This document shows, piece after piece, positions 41,801-52,379 of a stretch of 64,000 bases of DNA. Both the position numbers and the translations under genes were made by a program. Every line of letters starts with the position of its first letter. Within the stretch, counting starts at the first letter, position 1. The notes under the pieces were generated by a model. That model had not been told where the DNA came from, ran no database searches, and saw only the letters and a list, made by a program, of their open reading frames with translations. Source of the DNA: an uncultured Pseudomonadota bacterium (GTDB taxonomy: Bacteria; Oederibacteriota; Muellerivitia; Muellerivitales; Muellerivitaceae); the NCBI GenBank assembly GCA_963770835.1, contig CAVYRH010000019.1:64001-128000 (forward strand). The letters run 5' to 3'.

Positions 41801-44800
41801 GTAGCCGTGTTCGTGGCCGTGGCAGTGGCCGTGTTCGTGGCAGTATTGGTGGTCGTCGAGGTAGCGGTGTTGGTGGCCGTATTAGTCGCCGTGTTCGTGG
41901 CCGTGTTGGTCGCGGTGTTCGTCGGCGTATTAATAGAGGTATTGGTGGCCGTATTTGTCGCGGTGGCGGTAGCCGTATTCGTGGCTGTGTTGGTGGCCGT
42001 CGAGGTAGCGGTGTTGGTAGCCGTATTGGTCGGCGTATTGGTTGTAGTCGGAGTCGCGGTATTGGTGGCAGTGTTCGTCGCCGTCTTGGTGGCCGTATTT
42101 GTGGCCGTGTTGGTCGGCGTATTGGTGGTCGTCGAGGTTGCGGTGTTGGTGGCTGTGTTCGTCGCCGTGCTCGTAGCCGTGTTAGTCGCCGTGTTCGTCG
42201 GGGTGTTGATAGAGGTATTGGTCGCCGTGTTCGTCGCGGTGGCGGTGACCGTGTTCGTGGCGGTGTTGGTTGCCGTCGAGGTGGCGGTGTTGGTAGCCGT
42301 ATTGGTCGGCGTATTGGTTGCAGTCGGGGTCGCGGTATTAGTAGCAGTGTTCGTCGCCGTCTTGGTGGCCGTATTCGTGGACGTGGCGGTCGGCGTGTTG
42401 GAAGTCGTCGGAGTGGGAGTATTCGTCGTCGTGTTGGTCGGGGTATTGGTTGAAGTGTTGGTGGCCGTATTCGTGGCGGTGTTCGTCGCCGTATTCGTGG
42501 GCGTGTTTTGGGATGTGTTGGTCGCCGTGTTCGTGGCCGTAGCCGTCGCCGTGTTGGTCGGCGTGTTGGTGGTGGTAGGCGTCGGCGTATTAGTGGCGGT
42601 GTTGGTGGCCGTATTCGTCGGTGTATTGGATGTGGTCGGGGTGGGTGTGTTGGTGGTGGTAGCCGTGGTCGTATTAGTGGCGGTATTGGTCGCCGTCTTG
42701 GTGGCCGTATTCGTGGACGTGGCGGTCGGCGTGTTGGAAGTCGTCGGAGTGGGAGTATTCGTCGGCGTGTTGGTCGGGGTATTGGTTGAAGTGTTGGTAG
42801 CCGTATTCGTGGCGGTATTCGTCGCCGTATTCGTGGGCGTGTTTTGGGATGTGTTGGTCGCCGTGTTCGTGGCCGTAGCCGTCGCCGTATTGGTCGGCGT
42901 GTTGGTCATGGTAGGCGTCGGCGTATTGGTGGCCGTCAACGTAGCCGTGTTTGTCGGCGTCAACGTTGGCGTATTGGTGGCCGTATTCGTGGACGTGTTG
43001 GTTGGCGTGTTGGTAGTGGTCGGCGTCGGCGTATTGGTGGCCGTATTCGTGGCGGTGTTCGTGGCCGTATTCGTGGGCGTGTTTTGGGATGTATTGGTCG
43101 CCGTGTTCGTGGCCGTAGCCGTCGCCGTGTTGGTCGGCGTGTTGGTAGTGGTAGGCGTCGGCGTATTGGTGGCCGTATTCGTCGGTGTATTAGTAGTGGT
43201 TCTTGTGGGCGTGTTGGTGGATGTGTTTGTGGTCGTGTTGGTCGGTGTGTTCGTGGTGGTGTTGGTAGGCGTGTTCGTTGAAGTATTGGTGGCGGTGTTG
43301 GTCGGGGTATAAGTGGGAGTGCTGGTGGGTGTATTCAGGGGGGTGTTCGTCGAGGTATTCGTGGGGGTATTTGTCGCCGTGGACGTTGGAGTTTTAGTCG
43401 GCGTGGACGTCGGCGTGGACGTGGGAATCGTAGGCGTCGGCGTCCATGAGCTGGTGTTTGTCCAAGTACCGGTAGGGGTCCAAGTAAAGGTGTTGGTAGC
43501 CGTGAGGGACGGGGTAAAGGTGAAGGTATTGGTATAGGTTGGCGTGGGGGTATAAGAAGCGGTGTTGGTAAAGGTTGGTGTGACGGTGAAGGTCATGGTG
43601 TTGGTGAACGTATTCGTCGGCACGAAGGTATTAGTCGGGGTATAGGTGAAAGTGGGCGAGAAAGTGCTGGTGATCGTGGGGGTGACGGTGTTGGTATAGG
43701 TTTGGGTTGGGGTAAAGGTGGAGGTTGGGGTGAAGGTGGTTGTATTGGTAAAGGTCAGGGTAACGGTAAAGGTGTTGGTGGGGGTGCAGGTATTGTGGAC
43801 GTAATACTCATAAGCCCCGACGGCGGGAGGCGTTGGCCGCGGATTTCCGATTTTATCAACCGTGATACCTGAAATGGTGTTGCCCTTGCCGATTAAACTG
43901 GAACTGGGTGTCAGGGTAAAATCTCCGGCCGTCCAATTCCCAAAATCGCTAGCGGGATTAAGCGTGAAATCGCTGGCCGGATATCCGGTAGTTGGCGTCG
44001 TGTAAAAAGCATCGTAGGTGAAGTTGGCCTGTGTTCCCGCTTGGACGGTTAAGTCCGCCGTCGTGTTCGCGAAAGCCGTATCGGTGACAATTCCAAAACC
44101 ATTGCTGCTCACGATTCCATTTTTGTTGTCCCCGATGGTGTCGAATTGCAGGTTGTACAGGGGGTTTCCAGAGTCCCCCGTCCAAATAGCGGTTCCATTG
44201 GTAAGTCCCCAGATCACACTGTTGACCATGTCAAATTCCGGATGCGCGTTCCCATTCAAGGAAATTCCATCGGTCGTATCCGCGTTTCCCGTGATGGTGG
44301 ATCCATAGATGGAAACGGCGTTGGCGGCGTTCATGGCGGTGAAAGTTAGGATGTTGCCCGCGGTGGTGCTGGGCCGGGTGATGTTGTCGTTCACCAGGGT
44401 GATGGTAGTGTTGTTCAAGTTGGCGGTGATCACGGGGTTGCCGGTATTCGTGGTGCTGGTGAGGCCCAGGCCTTGGATGGAAATGTTGTTGATATTATTG
44501 CCCAGGGTAAAAATTCCACTGGCGTTTCCCGCCGCGTCCCAAGTGTAGGTGCCGGCGGGCTGGGTGGGATCGCCCTCGATGGTGATGTTGTAGCTGCCGA
44601 TGCCCGAGGGATTGATGGTGTAGTTTCCCGAGACATTCATATAAAGAACGACCGTGTCCCCGGACTGCGCCGCGGCTAAAGCCGCGGTCATCGTGGTGTA
44701 ACAGGCGGTACAAGTGCCGGCGCAGACCCCGGTGGTGACGCAACGGGTGGCCGCGGCCGCGGGTTTTGCCAGCCCCAGAACCGCCAGGGACAAAGCCAGG

Positions 44801-44874
44801 AAAATCCAAATTCGGCGGCGAGGGGGAAAAACAGGGCTTGGACGGGACTTGCCCGCGTTAAATGGGTCGGGCAT
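35884..44874 (-). CDS. Giant 2996-aa exported protein: beta-helix head, ~2200-aa (TNTA)n stalk, DUF11 domain and three FlgD-Ig/T9SS-CTD-like domains
   Basis: Signal peptide ending AAA; pectin-lyase-like head ending GNPR...VGAYEY; LVKT...TDSLP...LTWNI DUF11; three (V/I)YxxAGExV/L...WD...SG/DGxY units, the last preceded by PNP. Confidence 0.9.
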   Translation of the reverse strand: MPDPFNAGKSRPSPVFPPRRRIWIFLALSLAVLGLAKPAAAATRCVTTGVCAGTCTACYTTMTAALAAAQSGDTVVLYMNVSGNYTINPSGIGSYNITIEGDPTQPAGTYTWDAAGNASGIFTLGNNINNISIQGLGLTSTTNTGNPVITANLNNTTITLVNDNITRPSTTAGNILTFTAMNAANAVSIYGSTITGNADTTDGISLNGNAHPEFDMVNSVIWGLTNGTAIWTGDSGNPLYNLQFDTIGDNKNGIVSSNGFGIVTDTAFANTTADLTVQAGTQANFTYDAFYTTPTTGYPASDFTLNPASDFGNWTAGDFTLTPSSSLIGKGNTISGITVDKIGNPRPTPPAVGAYEYYVHNTCTPTNTFTVTLTFTNTTTFTPTSTFTPTQTYTNTVTPTITSTFSPTFTYTPTNTFVPTNTFTNTMTFTVTPTFTNTASYTPTPTYTNTFTFTPSLTATNTFTWTPTGTWTNTSSWTPTPTIPTSTPTSTPTKTPTSTATNTPTNTSTNTPLNTPTSTPTYTPTNTATNTSTNTPTNTTTNTPTNTTTNTSTNTPTRTTTNTPTNTATNTPTPTTTNTPTNTATATATNTATNTSQNTPTNTATNTATNTATNTPTPTTTNTPTNTSTNTATNTPTLTPTNTATLTATNTPTPTMTNTPTNTATATATNTATNTSQNTPTNTATNTATNTATNTSTNTPTNTPTNTPTPTTSNTPTATSTNTATKTATNTATNTTTATTTNTPTPTTSNTPTNTATNTATNTPTPTTTNTPTNTATATATNTATNTSQNTPTNTATNTATNTATNTSTNTPTNTTTNTPTPTTSNTPTATSTNTATKTATNTATNTATPTATNTPTNTATNTATSTATNTATNTVTATATNTATNTSINTPTNTATNTATSTATNTATNTATSTTTNTPTNTATNTATKTATNTATNTATPTTTNTPTNTATNTATSTATNTATNTATATATNTATNTSINTPTNTATNTATNTATNTATNTATSTTTNTATNTATATATNTATNTATPTTSNTPTNTATNTATKTATNTATDTATPTTTNTPTNTATNTATSTATNTATNTATATATNTATNTSINTPTNTATNTATDTATNTATNTATSTTTNTATNTATATATNTATNTATPTTSNTPTNTATNTATSTATNTATNTATPTATNTPTNTATNTATSTATNTATNTATATATNTATNTSINTPTNTATNTATNTATNTATNTATSTTTNTATNTATATATSTATNTATPTTSNTPTNTATNTATKTATNTATNTATPTTTNTPTNTATNTATSTATNTATNTATATATNTATNTSINTPTNTATNTATNTATNTATNTSTSTTTNTATNTATATATNTATNTATPTTSNTPTNTATNTATSTATNTATNTATPTTTNTPTNTATNTATSTATNTATNTATATATNTATNTSINTPTNTATNTATNTATNTATNTATSTTTNTATNTATATATNTATNTATPTTSNTPTNTATNTATSTATNTATNTATPTTTNTPTNTATNTATSTATNTATNTATATATNTATNTSINTPTNTATNTATNTATNTATNTATSTTTNTATNTATATATNTATNTATPTTSNTPTNTATNTATSTATNTATNTATPTTTNTPTNTATNTATSTATNTATNTATATATNTATNTSINTPTNTATNTATDTATNTATNTATSTTTNTATNTATATATNTATNTATPTTSNTPTNTATNTATNTATNTPTPTTTNTPTNTATSTATSTATNTATNTATATATNTATNTSINTPTNTSTNTATDTATNTATNTATSTTTNTATNTATATATNTATNTATPTTSNTPTNTATNTATSTATNTATNTPTPTTTNTPTNTATSTATSTATNTATNTATATATNTATNTSINTPTNTATNTATSTATNTATNTATSTTTNTATNTATATATNTATNTATPTTSNTPTNTATNTATSTATNTATNTATPTTTNTPTNTATNTATSTATNTATDTATATATNTATNTSINTPTNTATNTATGTATNTATNTATSTTTNTATNTATATATNTATNTATPTTSNTPTNTATNTATATATNTATNTATPTTTNTPTNTATNTATSTATNTATNTATATATNTATNTSINTPTNTATNTATDTATNTATLTATSTASNTATNTATPTTSNTPTNTATNTPTGTATNTATNTSTATATNTATNTATPTTSNTPTNTATDTATSTATNTATDTATATATNTPTPTTSNSPTNTATDTATATATNTATNTATLTATSTPTNTATDTATNTPTSTATNTATSTATATASNTATMTDTSTATNTATSTATDTATNTPANTATATATNTATNTATDTPTSTATGTPTLTVTQTPTATATNTATDTPTPTATGTPTNTATATNTYTSTNTATDTPTSTTTGTPTMTPTQTPTATATNTTTSTPTATVTQTPTNTYTSTPSATPTNTATLTPTLTPTMTPTMTNTSTPTSTPTMTDTYTPTYTSTNSPTNTHTSTPTSTPTYTPTPTPTFTRTNTATSTFTATPTYTFTMTFTPTPTPYLSLVKTSSETNAKPLDFINYTLVYSNPSGVLVTNAVLTDSLPATTLMTYVQGSASNGGAYSTAANTLTWNIASLGPGASMTVTYQIQASVEESNITASTLLNKACLTFANGMVCATNGVTVTGAYLIQLAVYNQAGELVKTLATFDMGTAISNFTLQNGVITTDSQTAQVIYDGVNIGTWDATNSSGTKVTDGEYFIKIQSTDPLGVVTTVTKDVTVNIASSTLQVAVYNEAGEVVKTFTQAQIQAMLGGASGSLMPADYNVMNAKLSSNNLVVSYAAGTNNNIAITLGSGRSFNWDGSGETGGFLTSGTYYIEIQSTTTGGTTQQIVMPVHIVNSGANAISGVVMAPNPINLNQTTQARFLINTAGGQLTHADIRIYTVAGELLRTNLTSNPGTPGEVDWDLSGVSIASGTYLAVVEMRSATGIIGHKVLRIQIIH
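37203..43790 (-). repeat. Intragenic 12-bp-period Thr-X repeat with a 348-bp higher-order unit
   Basis: The SINTP marker recurs at about 38461, 38809, 39157, 39505, 39841, 40189, 40537, 40885, 41233, 41581, 41929 and 42205. Confidence 0.92.
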
Positions 44875-46453
44875 AAGTGATCCTCTTGCTGGTTACGGCA
44901 AAAACGGGATCTTCCAGCCGGCGGGCTGTGGGCCCGGGAGCGCTCTTCCCTTTCAGGGAATCATTGTTCAAGGAATCCTTGTGAAAAACATCAGCCCCCG
45001 GGGGAGCCAATGGCGCGGGTTTAACCAGGAAAGCAAACCCTTCTTTCCCTTTGGACGGAAGGATTTGACAGCCTCCAGGTATTTGAGTCGGGGTAACCGT
45101 GAGTGTCCAAGTGGAAGTCGGCGTGTAGGTAGTGGTGAAAGTATAGGTATTGGTGGCCGTAAAAGTACCCGGCGCGGGGGTGTTGGTCCAAGTGGGGGTG
45201 GGGGTATAGCTGGCAGTGTTGGTAAAGGTGGGAGTCGGGGTTCGCGTGGAGGCAACAGGCGAATAGGTCCAGGTGGGGGTCGGCGTAAAAGTGTAGGTGG
45301 AAGTGAAGGTATAGGTGGGGGTATAGGTAAAGGTATTGGTGGGACATTCGAGGTTGGCCGTCACGGAATTGGAGGTGTCGCTGATAATCCCATCGGAAAT
45401 AGTGGCGTTGTTCACGAAAGTCGCGCACCAGTCGTTCGGGTAATAATAGTTGATATATTCAAACGTCACCGATTGGCACCAATTACCTGGAATCCCAAGC
45501 GGATAGATGAGCGACCCATTGCCCGGGCAATAGGGGGTAAATGGCTGGGACTGGGAGGGTGTTGGAACACAGCCTCCGCCGTACTGCATTCCCGCGCCGG
45601 ATATATTGTCTTGGATGGTGACCGCCGAGGTAACCGCGGCGCCCGTGTTGCAAAAAGTTATGGCGTAGGTGACCGAGGCGTCATTCCCCCCCGGGACATT
45701 GTAAACGGGACCTCCGATCAAGGATTTGGTGATGGTGAAGGCCGCCGGGCCCAGGGTGGGCGCAGGTGTGGGAATAGGCGTGCACTCACGCCAAAAAAGG
45801 GCGCCGGTGATATTGCCATTGCTGCTATCGGCCGTACAATTATTGGCTTGGAACGTCAGTTGGGCGCCGTTCACCGGGTTGAAAATGGGTTTCCCCCACG
45901 TTTCGGCGCAGGTGACTGGAACTCCGCCAGGTGTGAACGGGTTGGGAGAGGGGCTGTAAAGGGGCGAGTACCAAGGGTTGCCGCCTGTGTCATTGGGGGG
46001 AGCCGGGGAAGGATTGCCGGTGGGAGTGTAATAATTACTCAGGCCCCCACCACCGTTGTCACTAGTGATTTCGGAATGGCCCCCGCCGCTGCAGGTAATG
46101 TCCAAATCCCAGGAACTGTAGTTGATCAGCGGAGCGGTATTTTGCGTTTCAATGGCCAAGCAAACCGTACCGCTTGTCAGGAGGGCCACTGGAACAGTTA
46201 AGCACCCCGGGGGGCAAGCGCCGGATCCATCCCAGTTGCAATAATTAACGACGCCGATACTGACCCCGCCCACATAAACGGTTGAATTGTCGTCCCCCGC
46301 AACGCAAATTTGGGCTGACGTGGGAGTGCATTGGGCCAAAGCGTTTTGGGTGGGTCCGCTCAAGAAAACAACGGCAATTAAAAAAATAATGTTACGGGTA
46401 GCGGATAACCCCCAACTACCTCTATTGAGTTTTTGAATATGGTTTAAAAACAT
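44858..46453 (-). CDS. Exported Cys-rich protein with a DUF11-like domain and a short Thr stalk, lacking the CTD
   Basis: Signal peptide ending ALA; ITKS...[11 protein letters not shown]...IQDNI; TxT tract; overlaps the start of the giant gene by 17 nt. Confidence 0.8.
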   Translation of the reverse strand: MFLNHIQKLNRGSWGLSATRNIIFLIAVVFLSGPTQNALAQCTPTSAQICVAGDDNSTVYVGGVSIGVVNYCNWDGSGACPPGCLTVPVALLTSGTVCLAIETQNTAPLINYSSWDLDITCSGGGHSEITSDNGGGGLSNYYTPTGNPSPAPPNDTGGNPWYSPLYSPSPNPFTPGGVPVTCAETWGKPIFNPVNGAQLTFQANNCTADSSNGNITGALFWRECTPIPTPAPTLGPAAFTITKSLIGGPVYNVPGGNDASVTYAITFCNTGAAVTSAVTIQDNISGAGMQYGGGCVPTPSQSQPFTPYCPGNGSLIYPLGIPGNWCQSVTFEYINYYYPNDWCATFVNNATISDGIISDTSNSVTANLECPTNTFTYTPTYTFTSTYTFTPTPTWTYSPVASTRTPTPTFTNTASYTPTPTWTNTPAPGTFTATNTYTFTTTYTPTSTWTLTVTPTQIPGGCQILPSKGKEGFAFLVKPAPLAPPGADVFHKDSLNNDSLKGKSAPGPTARRLEDPVFAVTSKRITYARPI

Positions 46454-47127
46454 TTTTATCCTGTCGAAACTATAAAGTGGCTTCCAACCGGAACGATTCT
46501 TAAAATCAGTTTAACGGTTTCAATCTACTTTCATTTTTTTGCCACCCTGATTGGGTAGAGGAGTAGATGTGGCCAATTTTTGGATAATTTCAAAATCCAG
46601 GGTAAGAATGTGAGCCAAAATCGATTTTACAAGCTCTATATCTAAAATATTTCACGTTTAACCTAACGTCACTTTCATGTTAAATTTTACCATTTTATCG
46701 ATTTAATGGTAATTTTTTTGATCCTGAAAAGGCTTGAAAAATAAGGGGAAAAATCGAAATTTGTTACGTTTGCAGGGTCAAAATCCAATCTTTGGTCCAC
46801 CTGCAACCTTCATCTGACCCAAAAGCTTACTAAGTAAAAATTACCCAGGAGGAATGGATGAGGAATCCCGCGCGTCTTCATCCTTTGGGGTGATCTGCAG
46901 TTAGTGCCAAACGAGCCATCGGGTTATTTTCGAATAGAAAATGAAAAGTGTTTCGGTCAAAGCAATGTCCCAAAAAAGCTTTTCGCTCACCACGATTGAT
47001 AAATTCAAAATCGTTTTTTTATCGGAGAAGACGGCCGGAAACCCTTAAGCTTAAATATTTTTCCACATCACCCTATGTTATACTTTGCGCCGATTTCATC
47101 CCAAACTGACTCATCAAAGGACTCCTC

Positions 47128-48144
47128 ATGATCCCGATAAGCTCAACCGCCGCTTCCCTTTGGGAAAGCCTGGCCGATAAAGCGATTCGGAAAGAACTTC
47201 TTACGAAAGAGGAGGCTAAAGCGGTACTTCAAGCCTCCATGGCAGAAACATTATCGATTATTCATGCGGCTTACCGGGTCCGCCGCGCTTTTCATGGCAA
47301 CAAAGTCAGGATCCACGTTTTGCAAAACGCCAAGTCCGGTGCCTGCCCTGAGGACTGTGGCTTCTGCTCGCAATCCTCCAAGTATCAAACCCCCGCATCC
47401 CAATATCCTTTAATGGAAGTCGAAGCTTTGGTGGAAGGCGCCCGCAATGCGAAAGCCGCAGGAGCTTGGAAGTATTGCATGGTGACCGCCACTCGGGGGC
47501 CCAGCAACCGGGACCTCGACGTCATTTGTGAGGCAACGAGGAGGATTAAATCCGAAGTCGGCGTGAAGGTTTGCACCTCCCTCGGCCTCCTGACCCCCGA
47601 GAAAGCCAAGCGCCTGGCCGAAGCAGGGGTTGACCGCTTCAACCATAATCTAGAAACTTCCCAGCGGCTTTATGAACAGGTTGTCTCGACCCACAGTTAT
47701 GAGGACCGGGTTCAAACCACGCATTACGCCAAGGAAGCCGGGATGGAAATCTGCTCCGGGGGAATTATTGGAATGGGCGAGGAAGTGGATGATGTGATCG
47801 ACCTTTGCTTCACTTTACGGGATATCGGAGCCTCGTCGGTGCCGGTTAATTTCCTCGATCCGCGACCCGGGACTCCCTTTGCGGGAAAGCCCTTGGTGGA
47901 ACCTTACTATGCGCTCCGGGTTTTGAGCCTTTTCCGGTTTGTGCACCCGGATGCGGACGTTCGGTCCGCTGGCGGGCGGGAGGTGACGTTTCGCTCCCTG
48001 CAACCCCTTGTTTTGTACGTGGCCAATTCGATCTTCACGAACGGTTACTTGACCACCTCGGGCCAGGGTGAGAACGCGGACCATCAGATGATCAGGGACA
48101 TGGGAATGGAGCCGGAAATTTCGGGAAGCGAATTTCAGGCTTAA
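47128..48144 (+). CDS. bioB: Biotin synthase
   Basis: CPEDCGFCSQS radical SAM motif, NHNLETS, CSGGIIGMGE, SVPVNFL and ANSIF..GYLTT. Confidence 0.96.
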   Translation: MIPISSTAASLWESLADKAIRKELLTKEEAKAVLQASMAETLSIIHAAYRVRRAFHGNKVRIHVLQNAKSGACPEDCGFCSQSSKYQTPASQYPLMEVEALVEGARNAKAAGAWKYCMVTATRGPSNRDLDVICEATRRIKSEVGVKVCTSLGLLTPEKAKRLAEAGVDRFNHNLETSQRLYEQVVSTHSYEDRVQTTHYAKEAGMEICSGGIIGMGEEVDDVIDLCFTLRDIGASSVPVNFLDPRPGTPFAGKPLVEPYYALRVLSLFRFVHPDADVRSAGGREVTFRSLQPLVLYVANSIFTNGYLTTSGQGENADHQMIRDMGMEPEISGSEFQA

Positions 48145-48257
48145 GAGGGTAGACGGCACTACCATTCTTTTATTTCAAAAAGAAAAAACGGGCTTTAAAA
48201 CCCCCATTCCCTTCATTTCGAACCACAATTCACCCCTGCTGTCATAAGCTGGTACTC

Positions 48258-50294
48258 ATGAAAAGATCCTCAACCGCCCCCTCTTTCGAATCCACTCAAT
48301 GGTTTTTTCTTATTGGATGGTTGGTCCTGATGGGAACCGCCTATGGCCGCCTCATTCTCCATCCTGGTCTTCATACTGCATGTCCCGAAAATGACACCTG
48401 GAATCTTCCGATCCGATGGTCGGTCTTACACTCTCTTCGTGATGGAAAAATCCCCCTTTGGAATTCCCTTTCAGCCTTTGGCATTCCCTGGCTTGCAACC
48501 TGGCAGACCGAGTGTTTTTACCCGGGAACCCTTCTTTTCACTTGGCTTGGCCTTTCGGCCTGGAATGTATCAGGTTTGCTCCACTTGTCCATCTTATCCC
48601 TCGGTATTTTCTCCTTTTTAAAGAAGGTCGGCGTCAATCCCTTTTGGGCCTTCTGCAGTTCCGCCGTCGCCCTTTTAAACGCCTGTGCCTATAACCACCT
48701 GGGAAGCAACTCCTCGATGGATACGATGGTCTGGATTCCTTGGATGCTGTTGGCCACCCTTGAATGCCTTGAGAAAAAGCCCTGGGGAACCTTCAAGTGG
48801 ACCCTTTTTTTTGCTCTACAAGTCTTCGCGGGCTATCCCCAGATCCTCTTCTATACCCTTATCTGTTGTTTTTGCTATGCCCTGGTTCTAAAGGGTTGGC
48901 CGGCCCTTGGACAGTTGCTGGTTCCCTTTTGCGCAGGGCTTTTGTTTTCAGCGGTCGAATGGATCCCTTCCATCGAGTATTTCTTCCTGAACTCGGTCCG
49001 GCTCCCGGCGGTTCACGACAACCCCCATTTCTTCCTTCCTATGGAAAACCTCAAAACCTTCCTGGATTTCAACGCCTTGGGAAAAGGGGCCATTCCGGAT
49101 TACGTGTTAAACCCGACCTTTTTTTATTTTAATTTTTACTCGGGATTTTTGCCTTTGCTCGCCCTCATCCTTGGGTTCATCCAATTCAGGAAACTTAAAC
49201 TCAACAGCCGCTTTTTTCTTGTTGGATTCTTCCTTCTGATTTTATGGTCACTTGGCTTTTTCTTGGGGGGGATCGGGTATTTACACCTGTCGTTTCCCGC
49301 TTTTCTGGAACCGGCCAAATGTTGGGTTCTTATCAATGTTTTTGAGTTGCTCGCGGTCGGTCTTATTTTGGGGGACGTTTTTCCCAGTCCTCCAAAGTGG
49401 AAATGGGCGGTATTGGCCTTGGCGGCCTTAAATCTATTTTGGCCGGTCTGGAACCACCCCTTAGAGCGAAATCTCGCACCTTCCGACCTGGAATCCGACT
49501 CCGAAACCAAAAAAATCACAAATCAATTGGGCGCAAGCCGTGTTTTGATCTTACCGGACGCGGAAGAACACCAAAGACTTTACACACCCCTGCCAAGCCC
49601 TGAAATCAGGCCCCTTTTCAAACATTTTATTCCCAATTCCAACCTCTTCGCGAACCTGAAATCGGCAACTTTCTATGGTTCTACCCAGCCTTCCTGGGGG
49701 TCCTTGGATGCCGGTTTGTATTTTCAATACGGGTTTCCTTATTCCCAAGGTAGTTTGATGGATATGCTAGGCATCGACTATTTGCTACTGCCATCGGAAA
49801 AGATGCCCCTGCGCTTTAAGAAGATCCAATTGGACGGCACATGGGTTCTCTGGCAAAACCCCTCTTCCCTTGGTTCCCATTTTTTCTTCACGGGAGCTCC
49901 GCAAATCGCCGACCGAAAAGACATCTTTAACGCCTTTGCACGCGGTAAAGCCAAGCCGCTTCAAGATCTTTATTTGGACACCATTCCCATTTCAAGGGCA
50001 CCCTTAAGCTCCTTTTCCCCCATCTCCAAGGAAACTTACAGGGCGCAGGGAGATTATTTGATTGTCACTCAAAATGCCACACCAGGTTGGCGGGCCTGGG
50101 TGGATGGAACTCCCCAAGATATTTTCCTAGCCGATGGAATTTTCCAGGCGATCCGACTGAAAAAGCCGGCTCTGGTAGTGGACTTGGCCTACGAACCAAC
50201 CGGCTTCCGATTCGGTTTATTTTTGAGTTTGTTGGCCTTAATGGGCTTCCTGGGATGGCTGGGAACGAGAAAATCAGGGGGTTTTAACTTCTAA
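48258..50294 (+). CDS. YfhO-like polytopic membrane protein (GT-C-fold glycosyltransferase candidate)
   Basis: G.IPLWN....G.P..A......FYP N-terminal motif, many TMs, C-terminal PGWRAWVDG...Y.P. Confidence 0.8.
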   Translation: MKRSSTAPSFESTQWFFLIGWLVLMGTAYGRLILHPGLHTACPENDTWNLPIRWSVLHSLRDGKIPLWNSLSAFGIPWLATWQTECFYPGTLLFTWLGLSAWNVSGLLHLSILSLGIFSFLKKVGVNPFWAFCSSAVALLNACAYNHLGSNSSMDTMVWIPWMLLATLECLEKKPWGTFKWTLFFALQVFAGYPQILFYTLICCFCYALVLKGWPALGQLLVPFCAGLLFSAVEWIPSIEYFFLNSVRLPAVHDNPHFFLPMENLKTFLDFNALGKGAIPDYVLNPTFFYFNFYSGFLPLLALILGFIQFRKLKLNSRFFLVGFFLLILWSLGFFLGGIGYLHLSFPAFLEPAKCWVLINVFELLAVGLILGDVFPSPPKWKWAVLALAALNLFWPVWNHPLERNLAPSDLESDSETKKITNQLGASRVLILPDAEEHQRLYTPLPSPEIRPLFKHFIPNSNLFANLKSATFYGSTQPSWGSLDAGLYFQYGFPYSQGSLMDMLGIDYLLLPSEKMPLRFKKIQLDGTWVLWQNPSSLGSHFFFTGAPQIADRKDIFNAFARGKAKPLQDLYLDTIPISRAPLSSFSPISKETYRAQGDYLIVTQNATPGWRAWVDGTPQDIFLADGIFQAIRLKKPALVVDLAYEPTGFRFGLFLSLLALMGFLGWLGTRKSGGFNF

Positions 50295-51341
50295 CATCTC
50301 TCCGGCTGTCTTGAACACCTCTTGTGGCGTGAGTTTCAACAGGCATTCCTGGTGAACGTGACTGGCCAAGCCCTCCTTCTGTGGAAAAGGGCAGACATTC
50401 TTATCGCAGGGGCCGCAATCCAGGAAATACTGAAGGAATCGGTGTCGTGGGTCATCGGGCTTCATCCAGCCGATTCCCCAATGAGGCCCGCAAAGAGTCA
50501 GGCTTTTCGCCCCGAGGGCTTGGGCGATGTGCTGGGGAGTTCCATCATTTCCGATAAGCAAGTCCATTTTGGAAATGAAAGCGGAAGCCTCCAAAAGGCC
50601 GGTTTTGGACATTTCCAACACCTTCTCCCCTACTCCCCATCGAATTTCCTGGAGGATCCCTTCGTCCCCCGGGCCTCCGCACAGTATGGGTTTAATACCC
50701 CACTGGTCGTAGATCAAGGAGGCTAGTCTTCTCCAATAATCCACTGGCCAGCGCTTGGATGACCAGGTACCCGTTGGATTCAGCCCTATTTTTAATTTTT
50801 GACCCTTAAATTCCGGCCTTTCCCATTCCTGCCGGGCCCATTTCTCCTCTTCAGGAGTCAGGAAAATTTCGGTTTGGTGACCGTCGATTGGAACGCCCAA
50901 GGCACGGATGATATCCAGGTTCACTTCGGCTTGGTATTTCCGGACTTTGTTTTTGGGGATGGCATTGGTAAAGGCCCATTTCCTGATCCGGAAAGCGTAT
51001 CCCGCCCTTAAGGGGGCCCTTGTGGCAAGAGTCAGCCACGCCGACCGGGGTTCGGCGGCTAAGTCTAAAACCCAGTCATACCGCGCGGTGTAGAGGTCTT
51101 TGACAAACCGGAATAATTCGACGGCCGGGGCGGTTTTCTCGGGGTGAACCAGCACGCTGTCGACATAAGGATTATGTTGGAGGATAGGCGCGGCAAGGGG
51201 TCGTGTCAAAAAGTGGATTTCGGCCGCAGGAAATGCCTTCCGCAAGGCTCGGACGAGGGGCGTGGAGAGGATAACGTCCCCAATTCCTTTTAAACGGATA
51301 AGAAGGATGCGTTTCGGCGCTTGCGTGGAAACGGCGGCCAT
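50274..51341 (-). CDS. Glycosyltransferase family 9 (heptosyltransferase-like)
   Basis: IGDVIL.TP, KRWP, GNDG..HIA.A and C.PC....C motifs. Confidence 0.92.
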   Translation of the reverse strand: MAAVSTQAPKRILLIRLKGIGDVILSTPLVRALRKAFPAAEIHFLTRPLAAPILQHNPYVDSVLVHPEKTAPAVELFRFVKDLYTARYDWVLDLAAEPRSAWLTLATRAPLRAGYAFRIRKWAFTNAIPKNKVRKYQAEVNLDIIRALGVPIDGHQTEIFLTPEEEKWARQEWERPEFKGQKLKIGLNPTGTWSSKRWPVDYWRRLASLIYDQWGIKPILCGGPGDEGILQEIRWGVGEKVLEMSKTGLLEASAFISKMDLLIGNDGTPQHIAQALGAKSLTLCGPHWGIGWMKPDDPRHRFLQYFLDCGPCDKNVCPFPQKEGLASHVHQECLLKLTPQEVFKTAGEMLEVKTP

Positions 51342-51344
51342 TCC

Positions 51345-52262
51345 CTACTTCACGGCCGTCAGCCAGTCGAATCTGTCCGGCGTGTGGCCTTTGATAATAT
51401 CGAAGAAGGCTTTCTGGATTTTCTCCGTCACCGGCCCTCGTTTTCCGTTGCCGATGATGATGTTGTCGATTCTTGAAACCGGAACGATCTCAGCGGCGGT
51501 TCCGGAGAGAAACACCTCGTCGGCGATATAAAGTCCTTCCCGGGGAAGAACCTGCTGGCGGATTTCAACGCCCAAATCCCTCGCCAGGACGAAGATCGAG
51601 TGCCGCGTGATGCCCGCCAGGATGGCCGAGCTGGTGGGCGGGGTGAAGATGACTCCGTTTTTCACCATGAAGACGTTCTCGCCCGAACCCTCGGAGACAT
51701 AACCGTAGTGGTCGAGTGCGATGGCCTCGTCGAACTCATCCTGCACGGCCTCCATCTTCATCAATTGGGAATTCAGGTAATTGCCCCCGGCCTTGGCCAG
51801 CGTGGGGAAGGTATTGGGAGCGGGCCTCTGCCAGGAGGAGATGCGCACCGAAATCCCCTTTTCCAGCGACTCTTCGCCCAGGTAGGACCCCCAGGACCAG
51901 GCCGCGATCGCTGATTGCACCGGGTTCTTCAAGGGATAAAGCCCCATGGCGCCATAACCTCGGAAGACGAAGGGGCGGATGTAACAGCTTTTGAGTTTGT
52001 TGACCTTGACCGTCTTCACGACAGCGTCACTGAACTGCTTCTTGGTGTAGGGAATGTCCATCCGGTAAATCTTGGCCGAGTCGTAAAGGCGGTCGATATG
52101 GGCCTCCAGGCGGAAAATGGCCGGCCCCTGCTGGGTGGCGTAGCAGCGCACACCCTCGAAAACACTCGAACCGTAGTGAACCACATGGGACAAAACGTGG
52201 ATGTTGGCCTTTTTCCAATCAACGAATTTCCCATCGAACCAAATTTTGCCTTTGCCGAACAC
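51345..52262 (-). CDS. ilvE: Branched-chain amino acid aminotransferase
   Basis: [28 protein letters not shown] and GTAAE motifs; GAGGAG RBS. Confidence 0.96.
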   Translation of the reverse strand: MFGKGKIWFDGKFVDWKKANIHVLSHVVHYGSSVFEGVRCYATQQGPAIFRLEAHIDRLYDSAKIYRMDIPYTKKQFSDAVVKTVKVNKLKSCYIRPFVFRGYGAMGLYPLKNPVQSAIAAWSWGSYLGEESLEKGISVRISSWQRPAPNTFPTLAKAGGNYLNSQLMKMEAVQDEFDEAIALDHYGYVSEGSGENVFMVKNGVIFTPPTSSAILAGITRHSIFVLARDLGVEIRQQVLPREGLYIADEVFLSGTAAEIVPVSRIDNIIIGNGKRGPVTEKIQKAFFDIIKGHTPDRFDWLTAVK

Positions 52263-52379
52263 GGTAGTTCTCCTCGCGGAAGGGTGTTAAAGACGCCGTA
52301 TTATAAAGTGAAATCCGTGTTTTTGGGAGGAGACTAGGGTACTTTCCGACTTTTTACGGGGCGGTTACCCAAGACGCAT

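Noticed and set aside
37661..43312. 1883-aa Val/Ala ORF on the + strand
   Set aside because: Antisense shadow of the Thr-X repeat: the reverse complements of these codons rarely form stops. It has no RBS or domain, and the same artefact appears opposite the other stalks.
37203..43790. Possible CRISPR array or non-coding satellite
   Set aside because: No constant repeat with unique spacers and no cas genes; the variation is synonymous within an open frame.
44714..46201. 495-aa + strand ORF and other long ORFs overlapping assigned genes
   Set aside because: They are antisense or alternate-frame to well-supported genes in GC-rich DNA and have no motifs.
32735..46910. Additional TGGCAC sigma54-like hits at ~32745 and ~46900 (minus strand)
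   Set aside because: The -12 GC is absent at the first site and mis-spaced by 2 nt at the second.
46454..47127. Riboswitch or BirA operator in the 670-bp divergent intergenic region
   Set aside because: No convincing c-di-GMP riboswitch or TGTAAAC...GTTTACA palindrome seen by eye; an Rfam scan would be needed.
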